A DNA stretch of 64,000 nt from Nitrospirota bacterium (GCA_963796285.1 CAWCKW010000012.1:672001-736000), one strand, 5' to 3'; counted from the stretch's first letter, positions 44,128-54,554 are shown. Numbers and translations are program-made. The notes: a model not told the origin generated them from the letters alone.

Positions 44128-45312
44128 ATGGCCGACAATGACATTCATGAAGGTCTATCGCGGGCAATCTCGCAGCTCACTGCCGCTGTCACAAATACAA
44201 GCCTTTACTCACCGGCCCACCCCCAGGTGGCGCAGTATGTCGAAAAAGCACATGCGGTCCTTGCGGAAATCCTTCAGTACAGACCTGAGATCTCGTTGCT
44301 CATCATCGGCAACGATCTCGTCGCAGATAACCGGCAAATGGTTGCTACCGGTTCCGCGTCGTATGTAACGAATTTCATCCGGATCCTGAAAAAACAGGCG
44401 ATCGAGCGCATGACTTTTGTTTCCGGCCTTCCGAAAGAGGAATTGCAGAGCCTAATTCAGGCGCTCGCTTCATCGGATACACTCTCGGTCAGGTCCACGT
44501 CGTTCATCAAGCTCGGCAAGATGGAACTCAGGATCAAGAAGCCCGATGAACAGCAGTCCTCTGACGGGGCTGATGCCTCGTCGAATAGCTCGGATATGTC
44601 CACTGCCGATGTGCCCCACGCGGTGTTTCAGGAGTTGCTCGCATTGACTGCTGACGAACTGGATCTCCTCAAAGATCTTTACCTTCGCGCCAAGCGGCAC
44701 AAAAAGATAGATGTCAGAAGCGTGGACGATATGGTCAAGGGATTCATCAAGGGTTTTCGACAGGAGATCAACCCCTTGAGTCTCCTTGCATCGCTCAAGT
44801 CGGTGAACGAATATACATTTACCCATGTTACGAACGTTTGTATCCTGACCATGAGCCTCGCGGAAAATCTGGGCTTCAAAGGCGAGCATATGCATAAGAT
44901 CGGCGTCGCATCGCTCTTGCACGACATTGGAAAGATATTCATACCGGACGAGATCCTGAGCAAGCCGGGGATGCTCACCCCGGAAGAACGGAGGGTCATT
45001 GAGACCCATACGGAGAAAGGTGCGCGCTATCTGATGGGTATTGAGGGAATCCCGAAGTTATCGGTCCTCGCGGCATTGGAGCATCACCAGAAGTTCGACG
45101 GGAACGGATATCCGTCGATCAGAGGCGGCTGGACCCCGAACATTGTAAGCCAGTTGATCAGCGTTGCTGATGTCTTTGATGCCATGAGGAGCAGAAGGTC
45201 CTATCAGGAGCCGAAGCCTCTGGATCTCATTGAATCGGTACTCATGAAGGGGAAAAACACGTCATTCAATCCGATGGTCGTTGATCGTTTTCTCAAAATG
45301 ATAAAACGGTGA
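44128..45312 (+). CDS. HD-GYP cyclic-dinucleotide phosphodiesterase with an N-terminal YxPxHP domain (copy 1)
   Basis: THVTNV, LLHDIGK, HHQKFDGNGYP, VADVFDAMRSRRSY. Confidence 0.9.
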   Translation: MADNDIHEGLSRAISQLTAAVTNTSLYSPAHPQVAQYVEKAHAVLAEILQYRPEISLLIIGNDLVADNRQMVATGSASYVTNFIRILKKQAIERMTFVSGLPKEELQSLIQALASSDTLSVRSTSFIKLGKMELRIKKPDEQQSSDGADASSNSSDMSTADVPHAVFQELLALTADELDLLKDLYLRAKRHKKIDVRSVDDMVKGFIKGFRQEINPLSLLASLKSVNEYTFTHVTNVCILTMSLAENLGFKGEHMHKIGVASLLHDIGKIFIPDEILSKPGMLTPEERRVIETHTEKGARYLMGIEGIPKLSVLAALEHHQKFDGNGYPSIRGGWTPNIVSQLISVADVFDAMRSRRSYQEPKPLDLIESVLMKGKNTSFNPMVVDRFLKMIKR

Positions 45313-45362
45313 AATGATTTTATCGTCCTCAGTTATTAGTTTGGAATTATGACTGCCGTTAT

Positions 45363-45693
45363 CAGGAATACACCAGTTCAGCTTCGACCTGATCATTTTG
45401 TGCATATCTTCCAAAAATGGACTGCGGCGATGCTTCAGCTCGATCGCAACGATCCCCGTTTTCCATGAATCCGTAAACACACACCAGGCATTTGCCTTGA
45501 CCATAGCGGCACCATGCTCGGGCTTGTAAGCCACGCTTAAGTTCGTCCGCACCTTTTGTATCATCCAGCCTGATTTAAGGTTCGCCCACAGGATGGTCTC
45601 CGCTTTGCGTTCATACAATGTATCGGGCCGATGCATGATGATCGTCTGTTGGGCCTGAATGGTCAGAAGCCGTCCTCAAAGAACCGGTAGTCG
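45363..45693 (-). pseudogene. Degenerate copy of the 3' end of the 49518-50912 outer-membrane gene
   Basis: RPDTLYERKAETILWANLKSGWM..NLSVAY.PEHGA matches the C-terminus of that gene; marks the duplication boundary. Confidence 0.8.
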
Positions 45694-45910
45694 CGGCGCC
45701 GATCCCACGGTGCATGACTCTACCAGTTGCTTAAGGGACATTGTCCATAGTTATGATTTATTCTGTCCGGACACAGAGAACAATTTCGTGTTTACGAAAT
45801 GTTGAGATATCCGTACAGTTGCTCATGCTGACCGTTTTGAACTCTTTGCGATTCCATCATAATTAATGAAAAAAACAATTAATCTGTATATAATGTATGA
45901 TGAATAGCAT

Positions 45911-48178
45911 ATGAGCGATCAGCAGGAAAAAAAAGAAAACACTCAGCCATTGCCGCCCCATAGCGCAGAGCGTGAAATCGCGCTCGATATGCGTCTCTTG
46001 TCCGAAGCGGTTATCGAGCTCAATATTTCCCGAAAAAATGTGGGAATATACCCGCCAGGCCATGTCCAGATCACGAAGAGCATTGAGCGTGCTTACCGAA
46101 TCCTCCAGAATTTGTTCGAGATCCGGACGGAAATGACCCTCGGCGTGGCCAAGGACACCCTCCTGGTCGGCCAGGACTACCTTGATCGAAAGAATCCGGT
46201 GTATCGGGATTTTGCGCTTTCCCTGAACCAGCAGGAGATCGCTACGGTCACTTTTCTCAGCGGTCTGGAAAAGGACGAACTCGTGCGGTTTCATCGGATT
46301 CTTACGACCAAGCCGGAAGAGATCAGGGCTTCGGGAGGAATCACCAAGATCATGGCCGAGGCCGGTATCACCCATATCGGAATCCAGTCCGTCGATTACA
46401 ACAGCCTCCATGTCACCGAGGAACAGGAGATTTTCAAGGCCCATCCACACTCTGGGGGAAGGGCTGAGTCAGACAGCGAATTGTGGCAGGATTTTGTAAC
46501 GCATCTCTCAGCAGGCACCCTCGCCGGACCGGATCAGGGAGCATTGTTGAAAGATATGGAGCAGATTGACCCTGCCGAGCTTGCGCGACTTCTCAATGAG
46601 CGCAAGCTGGATGCGAAATCGGCGGTAGAAAGTTATGACCAGATCATTTCAACTTATGTGCGCGGAACGGCAGAAAAAAAGCAACTGACCCACGAGCAAT
46701 CGACCACATTAGCGAAGATGAATACTCTGGTAAAAGATCTTCACCCGGAGCTCAGGAAACAGTTTCTGTCCGTGGCGTTCAAAAACATAGCAACACAAAA
46801 AGGATCTCCTGTTGCGGAGGAAGCGGTGATCGGGGGGTTCACCGACGATATGGTGATCGAGATGCTGGGACAGGCAAGCGCCGAGGGGCGGGAGATATCA
46901 CCGACGCTTGCAGGTCTCGTGGGCAAGCTTGCCAAGGCGCAGAATGATGGCTCGACAGGACAGCGGCATGCTAAAAGCAAGCAACCGACGGAGGTGTCCG
47001 CGGCCCTTGACTTCCAGCCGGAGCAGATGCAAAAGCTGTTTGACCGTGAAAAGTACGAAGAGTATGTGAGCGACGACTATCAAACGATGCTCAAAAATAT
47101 CTCGGAAGGCTCTTCGGCCTCGCCTGAACAGTTTGCTCTGGAAGAGCATTTGGAGTCGGTTGAGGAAGTGCACCTCGATTTTCAGATCGGCAGGGCGCTG
47201 CTCGCTTTTTTGGAAGAAAACATCGAAGAGGAGGATTATAAGGAGTTCGCCCAACAAATAGTTACTACCATGCCCCAATTCCTTGAGACCGGAAATTTCA
47301 GTCTGCTCCGGGATATTTTGGAAACGTTCCGCAGGCATTCGAGGGACAAATCGCCTGAAGGTATACGGGAGATTGCCGAGAAATCGATGAAGTACTTTTT
47401 CAATCCTGAATTTATTGCAAAGGCGCTGAGTGCTTTCGACCGCTGGATGAGGGAAAAGGGGCATGCTGCTTCGGAATTTATCCAGGCCCTTGGACCGGAT
47501 ACGATACCGGGCCTCATGGATATTTTCAGCAAGGATGAATCGGTGGGTGGCAGGCGCATTCTCTTTGATCTGTTGTGCAGCTTCGGGGAGCCGGCGGTGC
47601 TCGAAGCACAGAAAAGACTGAGGGCTCCTCAGGCGTACACTGTCCGGAATCTACTCATTCTTATAGGACGCGCGGGCAGCGCCGCGTCGATCCCCCATGT
47701 GCAACCGCTGCTGCAACATCAGGACCAGATGGTGAAGCTGGAAGCGCTCAGCACGCTTCTGAAATTGAAAGATCCGGGAGCGGTAGATCCGCTTCGGAAA
47801 GCGATCCATGATAAAGATCCGGACTTTGCCTTTAAGGCTGTTGCTCTGGCGGGACAACATCGAATATCGGATGTTACCGGGGATGTCCTGTCGAAGATCA
47901 AACGGGTCGTCCTTTTCGAGACTGATTACGTCGAGAATGAGGAGATCATCTGCGTGCTCGGGAATATCGGAGATGCCCGAGCGCTGCCCGAGTTGGAGAA
48001 GCTCGTACTCGCGACGTGGTCGCTCTATCCGCAAAGTCTTATGCGCATGAAGGAAACGATCTATTCGTCGCTCGCCCGCTATCCGCGGGAGAAGCTTGCC
48101 GGGCTCATAAGGATCGGCGAGAAGCTCAACAGCGACTCGATCCGCCGAACGTGCAGCCGGCTCCTGGAGAGGCGTTAG
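45911..48178 (+). CDS. Large HEAT-repeat protein (copy 2)
   Basis: Collinear paralog of 41810-44074 with long identical blocks. Confidence 0.8.
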   Translation: MSDQQEKKENTQPLPPHSAEREIALDMRLLSEAVIELNISRKNVGIYPPGHVQITKSIERAYRILQNLFEIRTEMTLGVAKDTLLVGQDYLDRKNPVYRDFALSLNQQEIATVTFLSGLEKDELVRFHRILTTKPEEIRASGGITKIMAEAGITHIGIQSVDYNSLHVTEEQEIFKAHPHSGGRAESDSELWQDFVTHLSAGTLAGPDQGALLKDMEQIDPAELARLLNERKLDAKSAVESYDQIISTYVRGTAEKKQLTHEQSTTLAKMNTLVKDLHPELRKQFLSVAFKNIATQKGSPVAEEAVIGGFTDDMVIEMLGQASAEGREISPTLAGLVGKLAKAQNDGSTGQRHAKSKQPTEVSAALDFQPEQMQKLFDREKYEEYVSDDYQTMLKNISEGSSASPEQFALEEHLESVEEVHLDFQIGRALLAFLEENIEEEDYKEFAQQIVTTMPQFLETGNFSLLRDILETFRRHSRDKSPEGIREIAEKSMKYFFNPEFIAKALSAFDRWMREKGHAASEFIQALGPDTIPGLMDIFSKDESVGGRRILFDLLCSFGEPAVLEAQKRLRAPQAYTVRNLLILIGRAGSAASIPHVQPLLQHQDQMVKLEALSTLLKLKDPGAVDPLRKAIHDKDPDFAFKAVALAGQHRISDVTGDVLSKIKRVVLFETDYVENEEIICVLGNIGDARALPELEKLVLATWSLYPQSLMRMKETIYSSLARYPREKLAGLIRIGEKLNSDSIRRTCSRLLERR

Positions 48179-48231
48179 CTTCCCGGCGGGAAGTTTATTC
48201 TTTGTCCCCCTTAATACATGCAGGATTGGAT

Positions 48232-49416
48232 ATGGTCGACGATAATTTTAAAGAAGGAATATCGAGGGTGATCGCGCAGCTCACCACTGCTGTCACGAAT
48301 ACGTGCCTCTATTCGCCGACCCATCCCCAGGTAGTACGGTATGTCGAAAAAGCGCATGACGTTCTTGCGGAGATCCTTCAGTACAAACCGGAGATCACAC
48401 TGCTCCTGGTCGGCAACGACCTCATTGTGCAAAACCGGCAGCTTAGGGCAACGGGGTCCGAGTCGTATGTAACGAACTTCATCAGGATCCTGAAGAAGCA
48501 AGCGATCGAGCGCATCACCTTTGTCTCGGGACTGCCAAAAGAGGAACTTCAGGGACTTATTCAGGAGCTTGCCTCTTCCAATACGCTCTCGATCCGGTCC
48601 ACCTCGTTCATTAAGCTCGGTAAGGTGGAGCTCAGGGTCAGGACACTAGATGAACAGGGATCCCCTGCCGGAGCCGTGGTCTCTTCGAAAAACGTCTCCG
48701 TATCCGCTCCCAATTTCACCCAGGAGCTGCCGCCGGAGTTGCTTGCACTGACGGCAGAAGAGATCGATCACCTGAAAGATCTTTACCTTGGTGCCAAGCA
48801 CCACAAGAAGATCGATGTCCGCAGCGTGGATGACATGGTCAAGGGTTTTATCCAGAGTTTTCGACAGGAGATGAACCCCTTGAGCATTCTCGCGTCTCTC
48901 AAGTCCGTGAACGAATATACGTTTACCCATGTTACGAACGTTTGTATACTGACCATGAGCCTCGCGGAGAATCTGGGCTTCAAGGGTGAGCACCTGCATA
49001 AGATCGGCGTCGCATCTCTGCTGCACGACGTTGGGAAGATATTCATCCCGGACGAGATCCTGAGCAAGCCGTTAATGCTCACACCGGAAGAGCGGAAGAG
49101 CATTGAGGCGCATACGGTGAGAGGCGCACGATATCTCATGGGTCTTCAGGGAATCCCGAAGCTGGCTGTCCTCGTGGCACTGGAGCACCACCAGAAATTC
49201 AACGGGAAAGGGTATCCTTCCATCAAAGGCGGCTGGACCCCGAACATTGTGAGCCAGTTGATCAGCGTTGCTGACGTCTTCGATGCCATGAGGAGCCGGC
49301 GGTCCTACCAGGAGCCGTTCTCCCTGGAAAAGATCGAGGACGTTCTGACCAAGGAGAAAGGCACGTCCTTTAATCCGATGGTTGTTGATCTTTTTCTCAA
49401 AATGATAAATCGGTGA
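48232..49416 (+). CDS. HD-GYP phosphodiesterase (copy 2)
   Basis: Paralog of 44128; LLHDVGK, HHQKFNGKGYP; start placed at MVDDNF by alignment. Confidence 0.9.
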   Translation: MVDDNFKEGISRVIAQLTTAVTNTCLYSPTHPQVVRYVEKAHDVLAEILQYKPEITLLLVGNDLIVQNRQLRATGSESYVTNFIRILKKQAIERITFVSGLPKEELQGLIQELASSNTLSIRSTSFIKLGKVELRVRTLDEQGSPAGAVVSSKNVSVSAPNFTQELPPELLALTAEEIDHLKDLYLGAKHHKKIDVRSVDDMVKGFIQSFRQEMNPLSILASLKSVNEYTFTHVTNVCILTMSLAENLGFKGEHLHKIGVASLLHDVGKIFIPDEILSKPLMLTPEERKSIEAHTVRGARYLMGLQGIPKLAVLVALEHHQKFNGKGYPSIKGGWTPNIVSQLISVADVFDAMRSRRSYQEPFSLEKIEDVLTKEKGTSFNPMVVDLFLKMINR

Positions 49417-49423
49417 AGGGAAC

Positions 49424-49515
49424 GAATTAGTTCTGAGTTTTTAGTTCTTTGTTCTTAGTTTTGAGTTAAGAGCACGTACATCTTACTCCCTGCTTAAGAC
49501 TTCCCACTTGACTCT
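49424..49515. repeat. Heptamer tandem array
   Basis: TTAGTTC TGAGTTT TTAGTTC TTTGTTC TTAGTTT TGAGTT, with a degenerate inverted arm. Confidence 0.6.
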
Positions 49516-49517
49516 TC

Positions 49518-50912
49518 TTACCAGGAATACACCAGTTCCGCTTCAACCTGATCATTTTGTGCATACCTTCCAAAAATGGACTGCGGCGGTCCATCAAGCT
49601 CGATCGCAAGGATCCCTGCCTTCAATGAATCCGTGAACACATACCAGACACTTGCCTTTACCATGGTGGCGCCATGCTCGGGGTTGTAAGCCACGTTAAG
49701 GTTCGTCTCCACCTTCTGGTTCATCCAGCCTGCTTTAAGGTTTGTCCACAGAATGGTCTCCGCTGTGCGTTCATACAAGGTGTCCGGTCGATCGATGATG
49801 ATCGTCTGCTGGGCTTGCATAGTCAAGAGACCGTCCTCAAAGAGCCGGTAATCGACACCGATCCCGTAGTCGAGTTCGTCGCTTTTGTGTTCGATGGGAT
49901 TCAGGGGGTAAACGCCAGGTGCGAGGACAGTCGGATAGCCCCAGAGCTCGCGACGGATATTATAGTAGCGATCAAGGATAAATGCCGCCTCGGCCCGGAG
50001 ACTCCAGGCGCCCGTTACCGCTGCCGCATCAACGCCGAATGATGTGATCTTGTGAAAATCAGGAGTGTACCCGGGATCGATCAGGACCTCTCCTGGCTGG
50101 GGATCGATTACAAGGGCGGTTGTCTTGAAAACCGGCTTGGGATCAAATCCATGAAAAATATTGAGAGCCCACTCTATCTCTCCGGCATGTCGGGCGCGCA
50201 GGGCTATGCTGCCGTTCCCGATGGTACGCGACGGCAGGTCCGGTTCAGTTGGAACGATCTCGGCATTCGGGATCTGCGAAAGCGCCGCTGCGGCTGATAT
50301 GCCCGACCAGCGTTCATTCGGGAGGGGGAGGCGATAGGGGACGAAGACCGGGACCCAGACCGCATCAAAGGTCCAGTCGCCTTTATTCACGATCGCCGAG
50401 AACGACGGCACGCCGATCTTCCGGTCTTCGAGAGGTTTTACGAGAAATTGAGTGTAGTCCCAGGGATTTAAGAGGTCGTTCGACGGGTATTCGTCAAGCC
50501 TGCCCCAGGCAAAGCGCTGGATGCCGGCCCGTATATCAATGTCACCCGCTGTGTGTGAGAGGTACAATTCCTTGAACTCGAGATAGGGCGTGTTGCTCTG
50601 GTATACTTCATCGTAGTTCTTGAAAAGCTCCTTGTCCTGCGCCGGACGGGTTACGGTCCCGTCCCATCCTCCTTCGAGCCAGGAGTGGAATCGCCAGGAT
50701 GACTGAGACGTGTCGATCTTGATCCTTCCCGTCACGCCTGGTTCTTCCTTGACACTGTCGTTATTCTGCGCCACTGCACCCAACAGGTCCAGTCGGCCTG
50801 AGGTGGAGAAGGAGTCTTCGGCGATGGAAGGGGAGGCGATAAAAAGAATAAGAAATAAGAGAGCAGTTGATTTACGCCGGGAAGTTAATAAATGTTTGGA
50901 TTTCATCTGCAT
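49518..50912 (-). CDS. Outer-membrane beta-barrel protein (DUF1302-like)
   Basis: Signal peptide, KELYL..IRAGIQRFAWGRLD..DLLNP, aromatic C-terminus LVYSW. Confidence 0.65.
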   Translation of the reverse strand: MQMKSKHLLTSRRKSTALLFLILFIASPSIAEDSFSTSGRLDLLGAVAQNNDSVKEEPGVTGRIKIDTSQSSWRFHSWLEGGWDGTVTRPAQDKELFKNYDEVYQSNTPYLEFKELYLSHTAGDIDIRAGIQRFAWGRLDEYPSNDLLNPWDYTQFLVKPLEDRKIGVPSFSAIVNKGDWTFDAVWVPVFVPYRLPLPNERWSGISAAAALSQIPNAEIVPTEPDLPSRTIGNGSIALRARHAGEIEWALNIFHGFDPKPVFKTTALVIDPQPGEVLIDPGYTPDFHKITSFGVDAAAVTGAWSLRAEAAFILDRYYNIRRELWGYPTVLAPGVYPLNPIEHKSDELDYGIGVDYRLFEDGLLTMQAQQTIIIDRPDTLYERTAETILWTNLKAGWMNQKVETNLNVAYNPEHGATMVKASVWYVFTDSLKAGILAIELDGPPQSIFGRYAQNDQVEAELVYSW

Positions 50913-51151
50913 ATTTTGAATGAGTAAATCTCGTTCTGTAGGTTACCTACAATTGTGTGCTTTGGACAAATAGCGACTATTATTGATTACTGAGTGCAAC
51001 AGGCAATGTATAAACATGATACCTGATTAAATAAAATGACAGTTTCAGTCTTTGACGGCTCCCCGGACATGATGAAGGGCAATGGAAAGACATAATCAAA
51101 CTTAATGAGTTAAATGAGGCGCAGGGGCAAACGCACTGTTGGGCGCAACGT

Positions 51152-51565
51152 TCAAATTTTCGGAGTTCCCATGTCAGGCTTCCCTTCATCCAATTCCATT
51201 CGTGCTTTGCGGGCCAGTGTCTCGTATTGACTTCGAAATTGGTCTAATGATTCCTCATCTAACTCTTCCAAATCCAGAAGTGCGTTGTGTGCGCCCTTTG
51301 TTGAACGGATCAACTCATCAAGTTTTACCTGGATGGCTTCCGTGTCGCGGTTTTGGGTGTTCTGGATCAAAAAGACCATCAAGAACGTGATTATCGTTGT
51401 TGCTGTATTGATTATCAGCTGCCATGTATCGCTGAAGTGAAAAAAGGGACCTGTTGCCAGCCATGCAATGATAACACTAACAGCAATGGCAAAACTGAGC
51501 GTTCGCCCTGTAACGCGCGACGCCCATTTTGCGAAGCTCGAAAACCATGTGTTCTTTTTTACCAT
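51152..51565 (-). CDS. Low-affinity iron permease (Fet4-like), probable integron cassette
   Basis: FSDTWQLIINT.TTIITFLMVFLIQNTQNRD; flanked by GTTGAGC (51591-51597) and GCCCAAC (51138-51144) on the minus strand. Confidence 0.88.
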   Translation of the reverse strand: MVKKNTWFSSFAKWASRVTGRTLSFAIAVSVIIAWLATGPFFHFSDTWQLIINTATTIITFLMVFLIQNTQNRDTEAIQVKLDELIRSTKGAHNALLDLEELDEESLDQFRSQYETLARKARMELDEGKPDMGTPKI

Positions 51566-51590
51566 GGCAAGGCCTCCTCAATATCTATGC

Positions 51591-51616
51591 GCTCAACGCT
51601 ATAAATTAGCGGTGGT
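51591..51616 (-). mobile_element. Partial attC (3' half)
   Basis: Minus strand CCGCTAATTTATAGC-GTTGAGC resembles CAGCTGAACTCCAGC-GTTAGTC of the attC at 52200. Confidence 0.45.
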
Positions 51617-51623
51617 TCTTATT

Positions 51624-52094
51624 TTAATATTCTCCTTTAATTACAAAAAACGAGCCCCGAATTGTTCCAGCTAGTTTAGACTTCTGCCTAGCAAACTTAA
51701 ACTTCCCTTCTAACTCCATTGGTACCTCCATCCCCTCAGAAAGCTTAAAACCAACGGCCCGCTTCTTAGGATCATCAACCGTATACATGACGTTGACCAC
51801 AAGACCATCCTCATAAAAGACATAGGCAAATTTGATATTTTCCACTTGAAAACGCGACGTTTCTAAAGGTTTGGCCGCAAACTCAATATCACGTTCTTCT
51901 TTCAAAATTTGGTTCACATAATCAAGGGTGTCCTGGCTTTCACTATCTGGTACAACCGTAAATTCATGATTGAACTTATTCATAAAGTAACGGGCTTCAT
52001 TAGCACGTAAACCAGCAAGCGCTTCTGCTACAGGTGAAGACTTTAAACCAATAGAAGACACATTTTTAAAATCAACGATATAGGACATTTCCAT
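51624..52094 (-). CDS. Hypothetical protein, AT-rich, probable integron cassette
   Basis: Intact 156-aa ORF, visibly AT-richer than its flanks, between attC-like sites. Confidence 0.7.
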   Translation of the reverse strand: MEMSYIVDFKNVSSIGLKSSPVAEALAGLRANEARYFMNKFNHEFTVVPDSESQDTLDYVNQILKEERDIEFAAKPLETSRFQVENIKFAYVFYEDGLVVNVMYTVDDPKKRAVGFKLSEGMEVPMELEGKFKFARQKSKLAGTIRGSFFVIKGEY

Positions 52095-52199
52095 CCCGCC
52101 TTTTATCTCTTTATTTTCCGACCTTTTGATTTGGCGACCGCAACATTAGCTCTTAGCGTTCGCTTTTTTCTTTAGAGAATGCTGGCCACTGAATTTTAT

Positions 52200-52252
52200 G
52201 ACTAACGCTGGAGTTCAGCTGCGAGCGAAGCGAGTCCGCTGCAACGACGGGT
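52200..52252 (-). mobile_element. Integron attC site, interrupted at its R'' end by the intron
   Basis: Minus strand (A)AC-CCGTCGTTGCAGCGGACTCGCTTCGCTCGCAGCTGAACTCCAGC-GTTAGTC; aadA-type ~60-bp architecture. Confidence 0.85.
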
Positions 52253-53739
52253 GTACGCCCGGCATGGGCGTGAACTTATGGGGTGAAAGTCCCCTGTACG
52301 AGAACCAATCATATGCTAACAAAAGTACGAGCCGAAGGCAAGGGCGTGTCCGTGAGGATGGGTCTGGAGGAAGCCGGAGGCAAGACGTGCGAGCCGACGG
52401 ACAGAAACCGCATAGGAAGGCTTAGCCTCCGGGTGAGTGGGCACGACATCACGAAACCCAATGGTTGCAGAGGGTAGGGTAAATGCGGCGGTTGTGCACG
52501 GACAGTTCACGTTCTTATCCGGGGAGATCTGCCCGACAGGCGATAGGATCGATGAGAACGGGATGAGCAACGGCACAGGCCGGCGTATCAGCGGCTGTCG
52601 CCTGATACGAGTCCCGACACGGGAAACACAAACCAGACAGCGATCACTGAGGAATCCTGAAGCGCCGCGAGTGGCAACACTTGTGGTGAGCGGGCAGAAG
52701 TCAGCAGAGGGCATAGTAGGTCTCATAGATAGACCGAAGGCCCGAACGAAGAAGTGAGAGGAGGTCATCTATGAGTTCGGAAGCGACGATGAATCCGCCA
52801 GGAGGAGTTGATTCCCGGCACGTCATGGAACGACATTCCCTCGATTCAGTCACAGTGGCGCAGGTCCTCGAAAGAGAGAACCTGCAGAAAGCGTGGAAAC
52901 AGGTGAAAGCGAACAAAGGGGCTCCCGGCGTGGATCACATGACGATCGAGGAGTTTCCTGAGTACGCTTTCAGGCACTGGGAGGAGATCACAACTGCTCT
53001 TCTGGAAGGGACATATCAGCCCTTACCGGTCAAGAGAGTCGAGATTCCCAAGGACAGTGGAGGAAAGCGCCCTTTGGGCATACCGACGGTCCTTGATCGA
53101 GTTATTCAACAGGCGATCTCTCAAGTGCTCACCCCGGTCTTCGACCCCTATTTCTCAGAAACCAGTTACGGATTCAGGCCCAAACGGTCCGCCCACCAAG
53201 CCGTAAGGAAAGTAGAGAAGGACGTAAGAGAAGGATACCGCTTTGCCGTGGACATCGACCTTGAGAAGTTCTTCGATACGGTCGACCACGACGTGCTGAT
53301 GAACCGGGTTGCCCGGCGAGTCAGGGACAAGGGACTCTTGCGTCTCATCGGCAAGTACCTGCGTGCGGGTGTGGTGGCAAACGGACGGCTTTGTTCGACT
53401 GTCAAAGGGGTCCCGCAGGGAGGCCCGTTGTCGCCGCTTTTGAGTAACATCCTCCTCGATGACTTCGATAAGGAGCTTGAGAAGAGGAAGCACCGATTCG
53501 CCCGATACGCCGACGACAGTATCATTCTTGTGAAGTCTCACAGAGCAGGTGTGCGCGTGATGGTCGGTATCACCAGATACCTTGAGAAATTGAAGGTAAA
53601 GGTGAACGCGGACAAAAGTGAGGTAGTCCGGGTGCAGGAGAGTTCCTTTCTGGGCTTCACGTTCAAGGGGAAGAAGCTCGCTGTCACCACAAAAGCCGTC
53701 GCCGACTTCACACACCGTCTGAAGAGACTTACGGGGAGT
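52253..53739 (+). mobile_element. Group IIC(-attC) intron, 3'-truncated
   Basis: 5' end GTACGCCCGGCATGGGCGTG directly after the attC hairpin; IIC-like 5' domains (GGTGAAAGTCC, CAGAAGTCAGCAGAGG); no domain V/VI seen. Confidence 0.85.
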
Positions 53740-53742
53740 TAG
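52771..53742 (+). CDS. ltrA: Group II intron reverse transcriptase/maturase, C-terminally truncated
   Basis: NKGAPGVD, RPLGIPTVLDR, SYGFRP, DLEKFFD, PQGGPLSP, RYADD; stops at the start of domain X. Confidence 0.92.
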   Translation: MSSEATMNPPGGVDSRHVMERHSLDSVTVAQVLERENLQKAWKQVKANKGAPGVDHMTIEEFPEYAFRHWEEITTALLEGTYQPLPVKRVEIPKDSGGKRPLGIPTVLDRVIQQAISQVLTPVFDPYFSETSYGFRPKRSAHQAVRKVEKDVREGYRFAVDIDLEKFFDTVDHDVLMNRVARRVRDKGLLRLIGKYLRAGVVANGRLCSTVKGVPQGGPLSPLLSNILLDDFDKELEKRKHRFARYADDSIILVKSHRAGVRVMVGITRYLEKLKVKVNADKSEVVRVQESSFLGFTFKGKKLAVTTKAVADFTHRLKRLTGS

Positions 53743-53810
53743 GAGGCACGAATTCGCATAGCACGTGCAACACCGCCAAGTCACCGCTGGCGGCCCTATA
53801 GAAGGAAGGG

Positions 53811-54359
<549 letters not shown>

Positions 54360-54390
54360 TACGTAAGAGTACCTCTAAATCATAGGGCAA

Positions 54391-54554
54391 GCCTAACCAT
54401 TTATTGAGTAGACCCCCTACTTAACACCCCAAATTGCGTGCTTACTAAGATTCAAGATAACATCACAAATCCGATGTTACTATCTCTGTAACGAATATGT
54501 TAAAGTGTTCACTATCTTATGCGCGAATATATGCTTGATACCTTGCATTGTCAA
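54391..54554 (-). promoter_or_regulatory. attI-like core site and Pc-like cassette promoter
   Basis: Minus-strand GTTAGGC at 54391-54397 just upstream of the first cassette; TTGACA(54549-54554)-17bp-TATATT(54526-54531). Confidence 0.6.

Noticed and set aside
52771-53742. RT as a retron, DGR or defence RT
   Set aside because: The motifs and upstream RNA are typical of group IIC introns; no msr/msd, TR/VR pair or partner gene was seen.
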